Shown here one piece after another: positions 35,592 to 44,000 of a DNA stretch of 64,000 bases. Location: IMG/VR virus record IMGVR_UViG_3300024255_000001. One strand, given 5' to 3'. Source of the DNA: a virus. Position numbers and translations under genes: made by a program. Position 1 is the stretch's first letter, and every line of letters begins with the position of its first letter. Under the pieces are notes generated by a model, which had not been told where the DNA came from, did not search any database, and saw only the letters and a list, made by a program, of their open reading frames with translations.

Positions 35592-35778
35592 GATTTGACC
35601 TTACAAACTTAGCGGCTTTTTGGCCCTTTTTAAGTTTAGGTTTTTCCACAACAAAGTCTTTGCTCTCCACGTTAAACTCTTCAACATCAAAACCCACAAT
35701 GAGTTTATTGCCCTTAAATCTTTGGGAGTCCTTAAAAAAATCTTCTAATTTATCTTCCATTTCTTCTATACGTACCAT
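35569..35778 (-). CDS. Small hypothetical protein
   Basis: 69 aa, overlaps the primase stop, ends KKSLF. Confidence 0.55.
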   Translation of the reverse strand: MVRIEEMEDKLEDFFKDSQRFKGNKLIVGFDVEEFNVESKDFVVEKPKLKKGQKAAKFVRSNPNKKSLF

Positions 35779-36842
35779 AGATCTAATTCGCTTGATGTGA
35801 AATACTTTTCAATTTGTTTCCATGCATCTGATTTTTGCTGGTAACATACTTTCACCAAGTCGTTTAGGTCCTTGATATTATATGTATCTAGCTTAAAATC
35901 AGTAAGAAATTTAGACCACATAAATACTGGTCTACCCTTCTTTAGCTTCTCTGCCATTTTCTTTTTACCTGTAGTATCGTTATCAAACATATAACGTACT
36001 GTTGCCATCTCATCAAATTCTTCTGTCGATCGACCGGCAGTGGCCAATGCTAATGAGTTGTGCATAAACTTTGCGTCAAGTGGTCCTTCAAATAGAGTTA
36101 CTGGCTGTTGGAAATTAACCTGCATAATACCAAATAGCGTTGATGCCTTTGCAAGTTTATTTAATTCCTCTTGTGGTAACTCAAGTGGTTTATTCCACTC
36201 TTCATAGAGTTTAGGTAGATCATAAGTCAAATACCTTGACCCATAGCCTTTCATTCGTCTGGATTGTGCGCCGATAATTTTACCTTCCATTCCCTTATTT
36301 AAAATCCAAAGGCGATTACCTTTAGGGGAAAATAAGAACTCATCAGCTTTATTGTGTAACAGCCTATCTTTAAGCTGAAACCATATCCAGTCTCCTGGTT
36401 CAATTTTTTTAGCGCCAAATATCTGTTTAAACTCTGCTACAGTTAGTGCCTTCTCTTGGACGCTAGCAAGTGAGGCGTTTTGTAATACTTGTTCTTGACT
36501 AACCTGAGTCTTATTGGCTTTAATATAGTCAATAATAGTAAATGAGTCGCCTGAATTAGGCATTCTCACTTGATGGTCTTTTAATAGTCCATAAAGATTA
36601 GTATGGTGTGAACAATTGTAGCAATGATACTGAAGCGTATCCCAATACATGTTACCTCTCTTCTTGGTATCATCTTCATGGGAATCACCACAATAAGGAC
36701 ACGCCAGGGTTATACGCCCTGGCATGTCTTTAAGTAGTTGCTTGTTAGGAGTAGTATGATGTTCTACACAAACTTGTTTTAGTGCTACTTTAATTCTACT
36801 CTTAAGCTCCTCTGTTATTTGTATATTAGAGGTTGAGGTCAT
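35766..36842 (-). CDS. DNA primase (T4 gp61-like)
   Basis: Zn finger CPYCGDS...HCYNC; TOPRIM FEGPLD and FDND. Confidence 0.92.
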   Translation of the reverse strand: MTSTSNIQITEELKSRIKVALKQVCVEHHTTPNKQLLKDMPGRITLACPYCGDSHEDDTKKRGNMYWDTLQYHCYNCSHHTNLYGLLKDHQVRMPNSGDSFTIIDYIKANKTQVSQEQVLQNASLASVQEKALTVAEFKQIFGAKKIEPGDWIWFQLKDRLLHNKADEFLFSPKGNRLWILNKGMEGKIIGAQSRRMKGYGSRYLTYDLPKLYEEWNKPLELPQEELNKLAKASTLFGIMQVNFQQPVTLFEGPLDAKFMHNSLALATAGRSTEEFDEMATVRYMFDNDTTGKKKMAEKLKKGRPVFMWSKFLTDFKLDTYNIKDLNDLVKVCYQQKSDAWKQIEKYFTSSELDLWYV

Positions 36843-37758
36843 TCAAGAAAGAATCTAAATCATCATCCGTGTTTGCCTTCGCTGGTTCTTCAGTCTTAGT
36901 TGCTGTTGCTGTTGCTGTTGCAGCTGCTACTGGAGTTGCTTCTCTCTGTGGCTCTGCCTTTGGAGCAGTTTTTGTAGCCGGAGTTGAAGTTACCTCTGCG
37001 ATAGAATCACCTGGATTTAGATACATTCTTAGAACGTTATTTACGAATGCTCTTGTGTCTTCATCCCAAGCTTTGTAGTCATAGCCTGCAAGTGAAGGAG
37101 CGCCTTCTAGTTCTGCTTTAATAGATGTCATAGTATCTTGAGATCTTTCCGCTGGAGAGTCTCCCATTACGATAGCTGATTTGTTAGCCGAGAATTTCGA
37201 CTTATCATAGTTATTATATTCACCTTGTCTTGTGATAACTAACTCAAAGTTCTTACCTTCGAAAAGGTCGAATACTTGTGTTGGCTCACCGAAATCAGGC
37301 TTCAATTCTGAGTCGATTTTCTCTTTGATCTTGTAACCAAACTTGAATACTTTGTAAGTACCCTCTAGTTCTGGGTTTTGTGGATCTTTAATAATTTTGA
37401 TAAGAGAATAATACTGTTGACGTCTCTTTAATTTCTCTGATGACTTACGGTCTACTGCAGAATCTGATTTTCTTAATTTCCAGAATACATCTGCAATTGG
37501 ACAGTGTTCACCAATTGTTTGAGGAGAGTCTACTAATTTACCATCTCCATTAGAGTTAGTTAACCAGTGTACGTACTTTTGAATCAGAGATTTTCTTGGG
37601 TTCTCTGGGTTTGGAACAAAACGCACTAGTGCTTTGTAAGTTCCGTCTTTGCCGTCATCGGCAGTTGGTTTGTAAACTTCGTTTACGGTTGTTCTTTCAG
37701 GCTGGTGTGTTTCCACATCTTCCACGCCTAAGTTAAAAATGTCAAATGAATCGCTCAT
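36826..37758 (-). CDS. Single-stranded DNA-binding protein (T4 gp32-like)
   Basis: VRFVP, CPI, VFKFGYKI, FDLFEGKNF, NYDKSKF and acidic tail DDDLDSFL. Confidence 0.9.
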   Translation of the reverse strand: MSDSFDIFNLGVEDVETHQPERTTVNEVYKPTADDGKDGTYKALVRFVPNPENPRKSLIQKYVHWLTNSNGDGKLVDSPQTIGEHCPIADVFWKLRKSDSAVDRKSSEKLKRRQQYYSLIKIIKDPQNPELEGTYKVFKFGYKIKEKIDSELKPDFGEPTQVFDLFEGKNFELVITRQGEYNNYDKSKFSANKSAIVMGDSPAERSQDTMTSIKAELEGAPSLAGYDYKAWDEDTRAFVNNVLRMYLNPGDSIAEVTSTPATKTAPKAEPQREATPVAAATATATATKTEEPAKANTDDDLDSFLNDLNL

Positions 37759-37818
37759 AATTTTCTTTTAGTTGTTTAAAATTGTTTAATAATGAAATAC
37801 TTTAATGTCTTTCAGTTC

Positions 37819-37847
37819 CTTATAGTTGTACAATATACAATAGTTTC
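37819..37847 (-). promoter_or_regulatory. GAAACTA-N16-TATAAG promoter for gp32
   Basis: Variant of the recurrent motif. Confidence 0.55.
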
Positions 37848-38040
37848 AATCTAGTGTTAAAATAGCTGGACAGCGCCCAGACCTTGAGTCTGCAGGCAAT
37901 TCCTTCCAAGTCCCGTCCTCTTGCTTAATCAGCCCTGATTTGTGTAGCAACTCCTCACGTTCTTGCGAAGTGATTGCGTTGGCTTCCACCATTTGTTTGA
38001 GAATCTCATTGAGACGGAAGTAGTCCGCTGTTATCAACAT
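37846..38040 (-). CDS. Small hypothetical protein
   Basis: 64 aa, preceded by overlapping promoters of both classes. Confidence 0.55.
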   Translation of the reverse strand: MLITADYFRLNEILKQMVEANAITSQEREELLHKSGLIKQEDGTWKELPADSRSGRCPAILTLD

Positions 38041-38068
38041 GTCAATTGTACTTTTGTTTATTATACAT

Positions 38069-38096
38069 ATTATATATCTAAATTTAGATTTGTTTC
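38069..38096 (-). promoter_or_regulatory. Composite promoter: GAAACAA-N15-TATAAT overlapping GATATATA (38071-38078)
   Basis: Both motifs present. Confidence 0.6.
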
Positions 38097-38158
38097 TTCA
38101 TAATATGTTAATAACTTTTTTGCAAAATAAGTGCATTAACATGCTAAAAAAATAGCTA

Positions 38159-38166
38159 GATATATA
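38159..38166 (+). promoter_or_regulatory. Late-type promoter box GATATATA for GH17
   Basis: On the + strand, 28 nt upstream of the GH17 ATG. Confidence 0.6.
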
Positions 38167-38194
38167 ATACATAGATTAAACAAATTATATAGAA

Positions 38195-39175
38195 ATGACA
38201 GCTAATCAAATATTAGGAAACTCAGATTACCCGATGATCGCGTATAGTGGATTTAGAGGCAAGTCTAGAGACGTGGAACCAACCATGGAACAGATCAAAG
38301 AAGATCTACAATTACTTGCTTGGAGTGGATATAAAGTCGTAAAGACTTACGATCTTCAACATGAGTTTGCTTCAAATGTACTTAAAGCTATTAAAGAGCT
38401 AAAGGCTGAGAATGAAAACTTTGAGATGTATGTAATGTTAGGTACATGGATAGAATGTCATAATGCATGGACTCCTGAAAAAGATCACTCTAGGGGAAAT
38501 GCTCAACAAAATAATGATGAAATAAACAAAGCGATTGAGTTAGCTCATGAGTACTCGGACATAGTAAAAATCATATCTATAGGAAACGAGGCTAGAGTAC
38601 ATTGGTCTCATTGGGATTTTGTTCAACCAAAAGAAATTCTAAAGTGGATTAAAGTTTTCAGAGTCTATATAGATAGTGGTTATTTAGATTCTGATCTATG
38701 GATTACAAGCTCTGATAATTATGCTGCATGGGGCGGAGAAGAACAATATCAATCAGACGATCTTATAGAGTTAATTAATGCTGTAGATTATATTTCAGTA
38801 CATGTATATCCTTATATTACTATTGGAGATCTACCAGAAGGTATAGATTTAATAGAGAATACATTTAATACTGCTATAACTCACTTTATGAAAGTAAAAG
38901 AATATCTAAATGAAATTGGTGTTGATAAAGCTGTACATATAGGTGAAACCGGCTGGGCAACCAAAGCATCAAACTTCTTATCTGATATTTCTAACGAAGA
39001 AAACCAGGCTGCGTATCACGATGCTCTTAAAAACTTTGCAAAACATTCTAGAACTTCTATTTGTTTATTTTCAGCATTCGACGAACAATGGAAATGTGAA
39101 TGGGATGCAGACGATCATGAAAACAACTTCGGAATCTTTAACCTAGATAGAACTCTTAAAGGAGCAGGAAGATAA
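38195..39175 (+). CDS. Glycoside hydrolase family 17 (beta-1,3-glucanase/laminarinase-like)
   Basis: IAYSGFR, ISIGNE (acid/base), DYISVHVYP, IGETGW (nucleophile), FSAFDEQWK, ENNFG; no signal peptide. Confidence 0.88.
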   Translation: MTANQILGNSDYPMIAYSGFRGKSRDVEPTMEQIKEDLQLLAWSGYKVVKTYDLQHEFASNVLKAIKELKAENENFEMYVMLGTWIECHNAWTPEKDHSRGNAQQNNDEINKAIELAHEYSDIVKIISIGNEARVHWSHWDFVQPKEILKWIKVFRVYIDSGYLDSDLWITSSDNYAAWGGEEQYQSDDLIELINAVDYISVHVYPYITIGDLPEGIDLIENTFNTAITHFMKVKEYLNEIGVDKAVHIGETGWATKASNFLSDISNEENQAAYHDALKNFAKHSRTSICLFSAFDEQWKCEWDADDHENNFGIFNLDRTLKGAGR

Positions 39176-39213
39176 TCTTACCAAACATCAACTAAAATTA
39201 CAGGAGGTGTCCT

Positions 39214-39399
39214 ATGTCATGGGACCACAGGCCTTGGGAAATGCAATCACGCCAACGCTATGAAATAGAGTGGGAAAGACGTGAGTTTAAACGGCTTGAA
39301 ATAGCTGAAGAACTAAGACTTGAAAAAAAGTTGAATAAAATTGAAACCTTTTCTGGGAAGTCGCATATAAGGCATGTCTTTAAGGCCAAAGAAAGATAA
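39214..39399 (+). CDS. Small charged hypothetical protein
   Basis: 61 aa, AGGAGGT at 39202-39208. Confidence 0.4.
   Translation: MSWDHRPWEMQSRQRYEIEWERREFKRLEIAEELRLEKKLNKIETFSGKSHIRHVFKAKER
39343..39371 (+). promoter_or_regulatory. GAAACCT-N16-TATAAG promoter-like element with no downstream gene
   Basis: Variant of the recurrent motif, pointing into the repeat region. Confidence 0.4.
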
Positions 39400-39411
39400 G
39401 TACCATTCCAG

Positions 39412-39486
39412 GGCTGGAGGCAGAGACTAGGCTGAAGGCAGAGATTAGGACAGTTTTGGAGTCCCGCGGTTGAAGCAGAGACTTGG
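39412..39486 (+). repeat. Three imperfect 18-bp purine-rich repeats (core GCAGAGAYT)
   Basis: GGCTGGAGGCAGAGACTA 39412-39429, GGCTGAAGGCAGAGATTA 39430-39447, CGGTTGAAGCAGAGACTT 39467-39484. Confidence 0.8.
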
Positions 39487-40161
39487 TTAGTCTGGCAAAT
39501 TTTCCCCAAGTTGCTGAAGCAAATAATGATTAAGGAACCAAGCATCGACTAGATCATCAAATGGTTTTGGAACCTTCTTAACCTCATCACCTATTTCATT
39601 TACACAATAATTAAATAAAGAAGTCTTAGCTAACTCTGGACTTTCTACTATATTATTTAAAAAGGCTACCCAAAGTGCTAACTTGTTCATGTTACCTTTA
39701 CCTGCATGTTTCTTAATAGTTGTGGGTGCAACGGTCAGTAAATTTTTGACCTCGAGTTGGCATATCATTTGTTCTTTTAGGATTGCAGCTCCTGCTGCCA
39801 TGTCAATCATATTATTAGTTCCCATCTTAGAACCATACGACGTACCCTCAAATGCTATGTGATAATCTTGTTTGCTGTTTGTTATGCTTATGATTAGATT
39901 AATAATATCATCCGCTGTTTTGATGTACCTCTTAATCTTTGCAAATTCGTTTTTGGAGTAATCCCCAACTGTTAAATGCCAATCGGGTTGGTGTACAAGA
40001 GTAACGTCTTTAAATAGACTTATTTCTTCTTGTCTCTTTTGTTCGGCTTTTGTTCCTGAACCAGCTTTAATATAGGAGATAAAGTGATATTCATTCGTAT
40101 CAGACTGCCAGACACAAATGCCAGGGGAATTAAGCGAGAAGTCAACAGTAACTAAATTCAA
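39487..40161 (-). CDS. ruvC: RuvC-like Holliday junction resolvase (start moved to TTG at 40161)
   Basis: VDFSLNSPG, FEG.SY, PTTIKKHAG.GN..K, DDLVDA catalytic pattern. Confidence 0.8.
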   Translation of the reverse strand: MNLVTVDFSLNSPGICVWQSDTNEYHFISYIKAGSGTKAEQKRQEEISLFKDVTLVHQPDWHLTVGDYSKNEFAKIKRYIKTADDIINLIISITNSKQDYHIAFEGTSYGSKMGTNNMIDMAAGAAILKEQMICQLEVKNLLTVAPTTIKKHAGKGNMNKLALWVAFLNNIVESPELAKTSLFNYCVNEIGDEVKKVPKPFDDLVDAWFLNHYLLQQLGENLPD

Positions 40162-40162
40162 A

Positions 40163-40534
40163 TTAGAATCTTTTACCCATCGCAGCACCAAGAGCGGCAC
40201 CGACTAATCTGGAGGTTAATAGATCGTAGAATATACCTTTTTGAATACCCAGTACTTTAGCTAACATCTTACCGATAGATTTTCCTAAGGCAAAACCAGT
40301 TAAACCACCGATAATAGAACCTAAAAGACCTTCTTCAACTAGGTCTTCTTCTAATCTGTCTAAATCAAACTCACCAGTCTCTTCATTTAAGTATTGTTTT
40401 ACAAACTCTTCTAGAGCTTGATCAACCTTTTCCTCTAATTCAGGAGTCCACTCAGACTGTAGGCCTTCTGTTAATAGAGCCATATCAGTTTCTGTGAGTT
40501 GTTGTTCAACTAAGTAATCATTAAATGTTTTCAT
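40163..40534 (-). CDS. Probable internal virion protein: acidic pro-region plus glycine-zipper C-terminus
   Basis: MKTFNDYLVE leader, LVEE then GLLGSIIGGLTGFALG...VGAALGAAMG; late box 40539-40546. Confidence 0.6.
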   Translation of the reverse strand: MKTFNDYLVEQQLTETDMALLTEGLQSEWTPELEEKVDQALEEFVKQYLNEETGEFDLDRLEEDLVEEGLLGSIIGGLTGFALGKSIGKMLAKVLGIQKGIFYDLLTSRLVGAALGAAMGKRF

Positions 40535-40538
40535 AATG

Positions 40539-40546
40539 TATATATC
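40539..40546 (-). promoter_or_regulatory. Late-type promoter box GATATATA
   Basis: 4 nt upstream of the ATG at 40534. Confidence 0.6.
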
Positions 40547-40548
40547 GT

Positions 40549-41100
40549 TTAATCTATTTCTAAATCTAGGCTCATCTTATTGTAAACAAAAGCACATTCA
40601 AACGTATTGAAGTCAGCTACATTTTCTGCCATATTTAGATTTAACTCGTTAATAGAGTTTAGTATTATTTTTTCAAATTTCATAAAAGCAACAGAACTAC
40701 CTTCTGCATCTAGAATCCTTAAAGTAAATGGTTCGATATAAGGCTCTTTAGTAGTTCTTGCATAATAGTATAATAGAGTGTCCATCATAATCCAATAGTT
40801 AATAAAACCATCTAATAACTGGAAAGTAACTGTAAATTCTCTTGTTATTGTATTTTGGATTGGGACTGCACCTCTATGGTATCTAGTTGTACCATCATTA
40901 TCTGCTTGTGTAATTGGGTCAAACGTAATACCAGGAATATTAACACCTTGTATAGAATAGTTAACAAAATCCACTGGCTCTGCTAACAGTCCACCTGGAA
41001 TTCTGTTTAAATACTTTTTGTACTTATCTACAACTTCCTCTGGAATAAACTTTCTAGGAAATCTAAAATCGTATGCGTTATTTCTACTATTTAAAATCAT
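40549..41100 (-). CDS. Tail tube-fold protein (T4 gp19/gp3-like)
   Basis: IQGVNIPGI...FTVTF......NYW...LRILD...F.Y pattern; 183 aa. Confidence 0.6.
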   Translation of the reverse strand: MILNSRNNAYDFRFPRKFIPEEVVDKYKKYLNRIPGGLLAEPVDFVNYSIQGVNIPGITFDPITQADNDGTTRYHRGAVPIQNTITREFTVTFQLLDGFINYWIMMDTLLYYYARTTKEPYIEPFTLRILDAEGSSVAFMKFEKIILNSINELNLNMAENVADFNTFECAFVYNKMSLDLEID

Positions 41101-43169
41101 TATCCAAGAGTAAATTTACCTTTAGTAACCATAGATTCATCAACACCGTTATCTAAACTAATATAGAAATCTCGGTTTTGCATACCTCTAATTGAATTTG
41201 CATTTTGTTCGTTAATCTTAAATAAGACTTCACCTTTACCCATATCAATATCTTTATTATAGACATGGTTAAACTTTAATTTAGATTTACCGTCATTAAA
41301 AGTTAAAATAACTAACTCAGCGTTTTCAAAAGATACTAATTCGAAATCATCACCTCTTTTCTTTGCAATCACAAATTTAATATACGTAGAAAAAGGAGGG
41401 ATTGTGATTGATAGATCTCCCTCGTTAACGAAATCAGAAGTATCAAACTCTTCAACCTCTTTTAACATCTCATTATTACCTGTACCTGTAAGTTCTACTT
41501 TAGCAGAAGAAGCAATTACATTATGTCTTTCAATAAATGTAGGCACGTACTTTGTTGATCTTGGTAAATTATCTGTAATAAAACCAGAGATCGTTTTGTT
41601 AGAAGTTAAACTAGGTAAAACGTTGTAAACTTCCGTCAATATATTTGGGTTGTCAATTTTAAGAGCAGATAATTTCTTACCATATTTAGCCGGGTAGTTT
41701 ACTGTTAAAGCTGCTTTCTTTACAATTTGAGTATTATCTGTTTGATTGTAAATTCTCATCGTCACATCGATCGAGAAGTTAACCGCAACATTAGCATTTT
41801 TAATCACAGGTCTAAAGACGATAGGTGTACTAAAGTCTTCATATTGTGTAAATGTAGTATCTGATGTTTTAATAAAAGAAGTACCCACTTGTTCAAATAC
41901 TTCAGTGTCGTATATTACAACAATATCATCTGAGCTGGTTTGAATTCTATTTAATATATTACTTTCAAAGCCGGAAATTGAATTATCTTTTTCTCCGTAA
42001 ATATTAAAGTAATCTCCATCTTCAGCATCTTCAACCACTACGGTAAAATCAGAATACTCATCTTCTCTAGAAACTGTAAATTTATTCTCTTCTCCAGTAT
42101 AGACATAATCAAAACCTGCTATAGTTTCTAATTTTTCTAGTAATTTAAAATTAATACCGTAATTAGCAAGTGGATTTACATCACTAGTATTAAGAGTACC
42201 ATCACCATAAAATCTATCTAAGAACTCCTGGTTCTGTCCGATTAATGATGGGATTTTAATATTAATATATTTAGACCAAAGTACTTCACCTAAAATAAAT
42301 GGTTTAGGATTTGAAAATTCATAGTTACTTTGATTTAAGTAGACTAGTTGAGTTAAAAAGTTTTTAATACCAGTATTTCTTTCAGTAGTTACCTCGAATA
42401 GAAAACCTTCATAACCTCTTGCTGCAAAACTAAATCCAGATCTTAAGTGTAGTCTAACTGTATCATATTGGATATAGTTAATATTCGCAGTTGCTTCAGT
42501 CTGATAATTTAATAAATCATTTTCTCTAGAACCAGTCCATTCAACTGCATTATTAATAAAATTATGCATTTCATAATCTCCAGTAGAGTCATAACCCAGT
42601 AATGCATATTTAGTTTTATCACCACCGGGTGCGTTAATAGCATGGTATCTACCAATAGTCTGATTAAGATCATTACCTGTAGCTTCGTCTGGTGAAGCAA
42701 ATAGAGGGTTAGCTCTAGTATCAACAATAGCTTTACCACCAATTAAACCAGGGTATGAATATTCTACTGTACCATTTTGGTTCGGGGTATATTCTGCGAT
42801 ATTAGTTATTGCTGAGAATGAATAAATACCCAATTCACCGCTAATTGCAAAATCAGCTGGATTAGGTAAAGCGCTTAAATCAAACTTATATGTCTTTCCA
42901 TTTTGTAGAAGTAAAGTTCTAGCTGCAAAATTCTCAACAGCTAAATAACCAGATATAGATGTCACATCAAAATTCACTACCGCAGAACCTAACTCATTAA
43001 TTAAGTGCCTAGTACTGAAAGGATCTCCCTGGACTGTGTCTAAGAACATCACCTCACTACCATTATCGTCTACTTCTATACGATATGGCTCAGGATTACC
43101 TTGGTCGTGGTAGATAAACTCAAGTAAAATGTCTTGGTCTATCTTAAAATATCTGGATGATTGCGCCAT
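41100..43169 (-). CDS. Hypothetical structural protein
   Basis: 689 aa, beta-rich, within the structural operon. Confidence 0.5.
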   Translation of the reverse strand: MAQSSRYFKIDQDILLEFIYHDQGNPEPYRIEVDDNGSEVMFLDTVQGDPFSTRHLINELGSAVVNFDVTSISGYLAVENFAARTLLLQNGKTYKFDLSALPNPADFAISGELGIYSFSAITNIAEYTPNQNGTVEYSYPGLIGGKAIVDTRANPLFASPDEATGNDLNQTIGRYHAINAPGGDKTKYALLGYDSTGDYEMHNFINNAVEWTGSRENDLLNYQTEATANINYIQYDTVRLHLRSGFSFAARGYEGFLFEVTTERNTGIKNFLTQLVYLNQSNYEFSNPKPFILGEVLWSKYINIKIPSLIGQNQEFLDRFYGDGTLNTSDVNPLANYGINFKLLEKLETIAGFDYVYTGEENKFTVSREDEYSDFTVVVEDAEDGDYFNIYGEKDNSISGFESNILNRIQTSSDDIVVIYDTEVFEQVGTSFIKTSDTTFTQYEDFSTPIVFRPVIKNANVAVNFSIDVTMRIYNQTDNTQIVKKAALTVNYPAKYGKKLSALKIDNPNILTEVYNVLPSLTSNKTISGFITDNLPRSTKYVPTFIERHNVIASSAKVELTGTGNNEMLKEVEEFDTSDFVNEGDLSITIPPFSTYIKFVIAKKRGDDFELVSFENAELVILTFNDGKSKLKFNHVYNKDIDMGKGEVLFKINEQNANSIRGMQNRDFYISLDNGVDESMVTKGKFTLG

Positions 43170-43172
43170 GTT

Positions 43173-43979
43173 TTAAAATTGTAAAAATTTAGGTGACCAG
43201 TAAAGTCCCACACCTATTGAAGGTCCTGTGCTAATTACTTGATCGTTATTTAAGTTAATACCATATCCAACTCCAAAACCAACTAACCATCTAGATTTCT
43301 TTTGGTCTTGTCTATTTAATCTGCTATTTACTAAATTAATATTTTCAATATCTTTAATTTCTAATCCAGGGTAGCTTGTAGATAATTTTAATCTATCAGC
43401 ACCATCTACGTTCTCAATTGCTGCCATTAAGCTTAGAGTTTGTGTTAACTCAAATTTAGTTTCTAATACTTTAAACTGTTCAAATTCATATTTAAAGGTA
43501 GAAAACCCTGTTAATTCTCTAGAGTTACCATTGCCAAAATCTTCAGCAGATGAAAATGTAACTTTAGTAGTTGTCGTGTCTATAGTCTCAGTTGTAGTAG
43601 TTACATTTAGACTATCTTTAATTTCTAAGTTAGCTGAGATTAACGAGTTAACGTCTTTTAAATCTTTATTTAATGCTAACGCTTTCTGATACTTCTTCGT
43701 TAACTTAGCTTGACTAGATTGCATATTTGATAAATCAAACTCATAAGATCTAATCTGAGCAAGCTGATCGCCATTATCATTTCTTAATATAGTAACAGAG
43801 TCTTGAGCTGCTTTAAAATTATTAAGTTGTCTACCAGCATCTTCTTGTGCTAACTTGACATCTTGTTTTAAATTCTCAATACTATTACACTGTCTAAGAA
43901 ATAACATAACGACAAGAGCTCCAGCGATAAATGTCACTAGAGTCTTGTTCGAGAGTATATTTTTTATTTTGTCTTTCAT
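43173..43979 (-). CDS. Membrane-anchored coiled-coil protein (spanin-like candidate)
   Basis: N-terminal TM ending LRQC, coiled coil, C-terminal Gly/aromatic beta-hairpin GFGVGYG...GVGLYW. Confidence 0.45.
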   Translation of the reverse strand: MKDKIKNILSNKTLVTFIAGALVVMLFLRQCNSIENLKQDVKLAQEDAGRQLNNFKAAQDSVTILRNDNGDQLAQIRSYEFDLSNMQSSQAKLTKKYQKALALNKDLKDVNSLISANLEIKDSLNVTTTTETIDTTTTKVTFSSAEDFGNGNSRELTGFSTFKYEFEQFKVLETKFELTQTLSLMAAIENVDGADRLKLSTSYPGLEIKDIENINLVNSRLNRQDQKKSRWLVGFGVGYGINLNNDQVISTGPSIGVGLYWSPKFLQF

Positions 43980-44000
43980 AATTTAATTTTTATAGGCTTA

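Noticed and set aside
39412-39486. Mini CRISPR array
   Set aside because: Repeats are 18 bp, degenerate and partly tandem without spacers; no cas genes.
39258-39545. - strand ORF with LCLQP repeats
   Set aside because: A by-product of the DNA repeats; it overlaps ruvC and the + strand ORF and has no plausible start context.
40162-40200. ORF-track start of ruvC at 40200
   Set aside because: Overlaps the upstream gene; TTG at 40161 puts the catalytic Asp at the usual position near the N-terminus.
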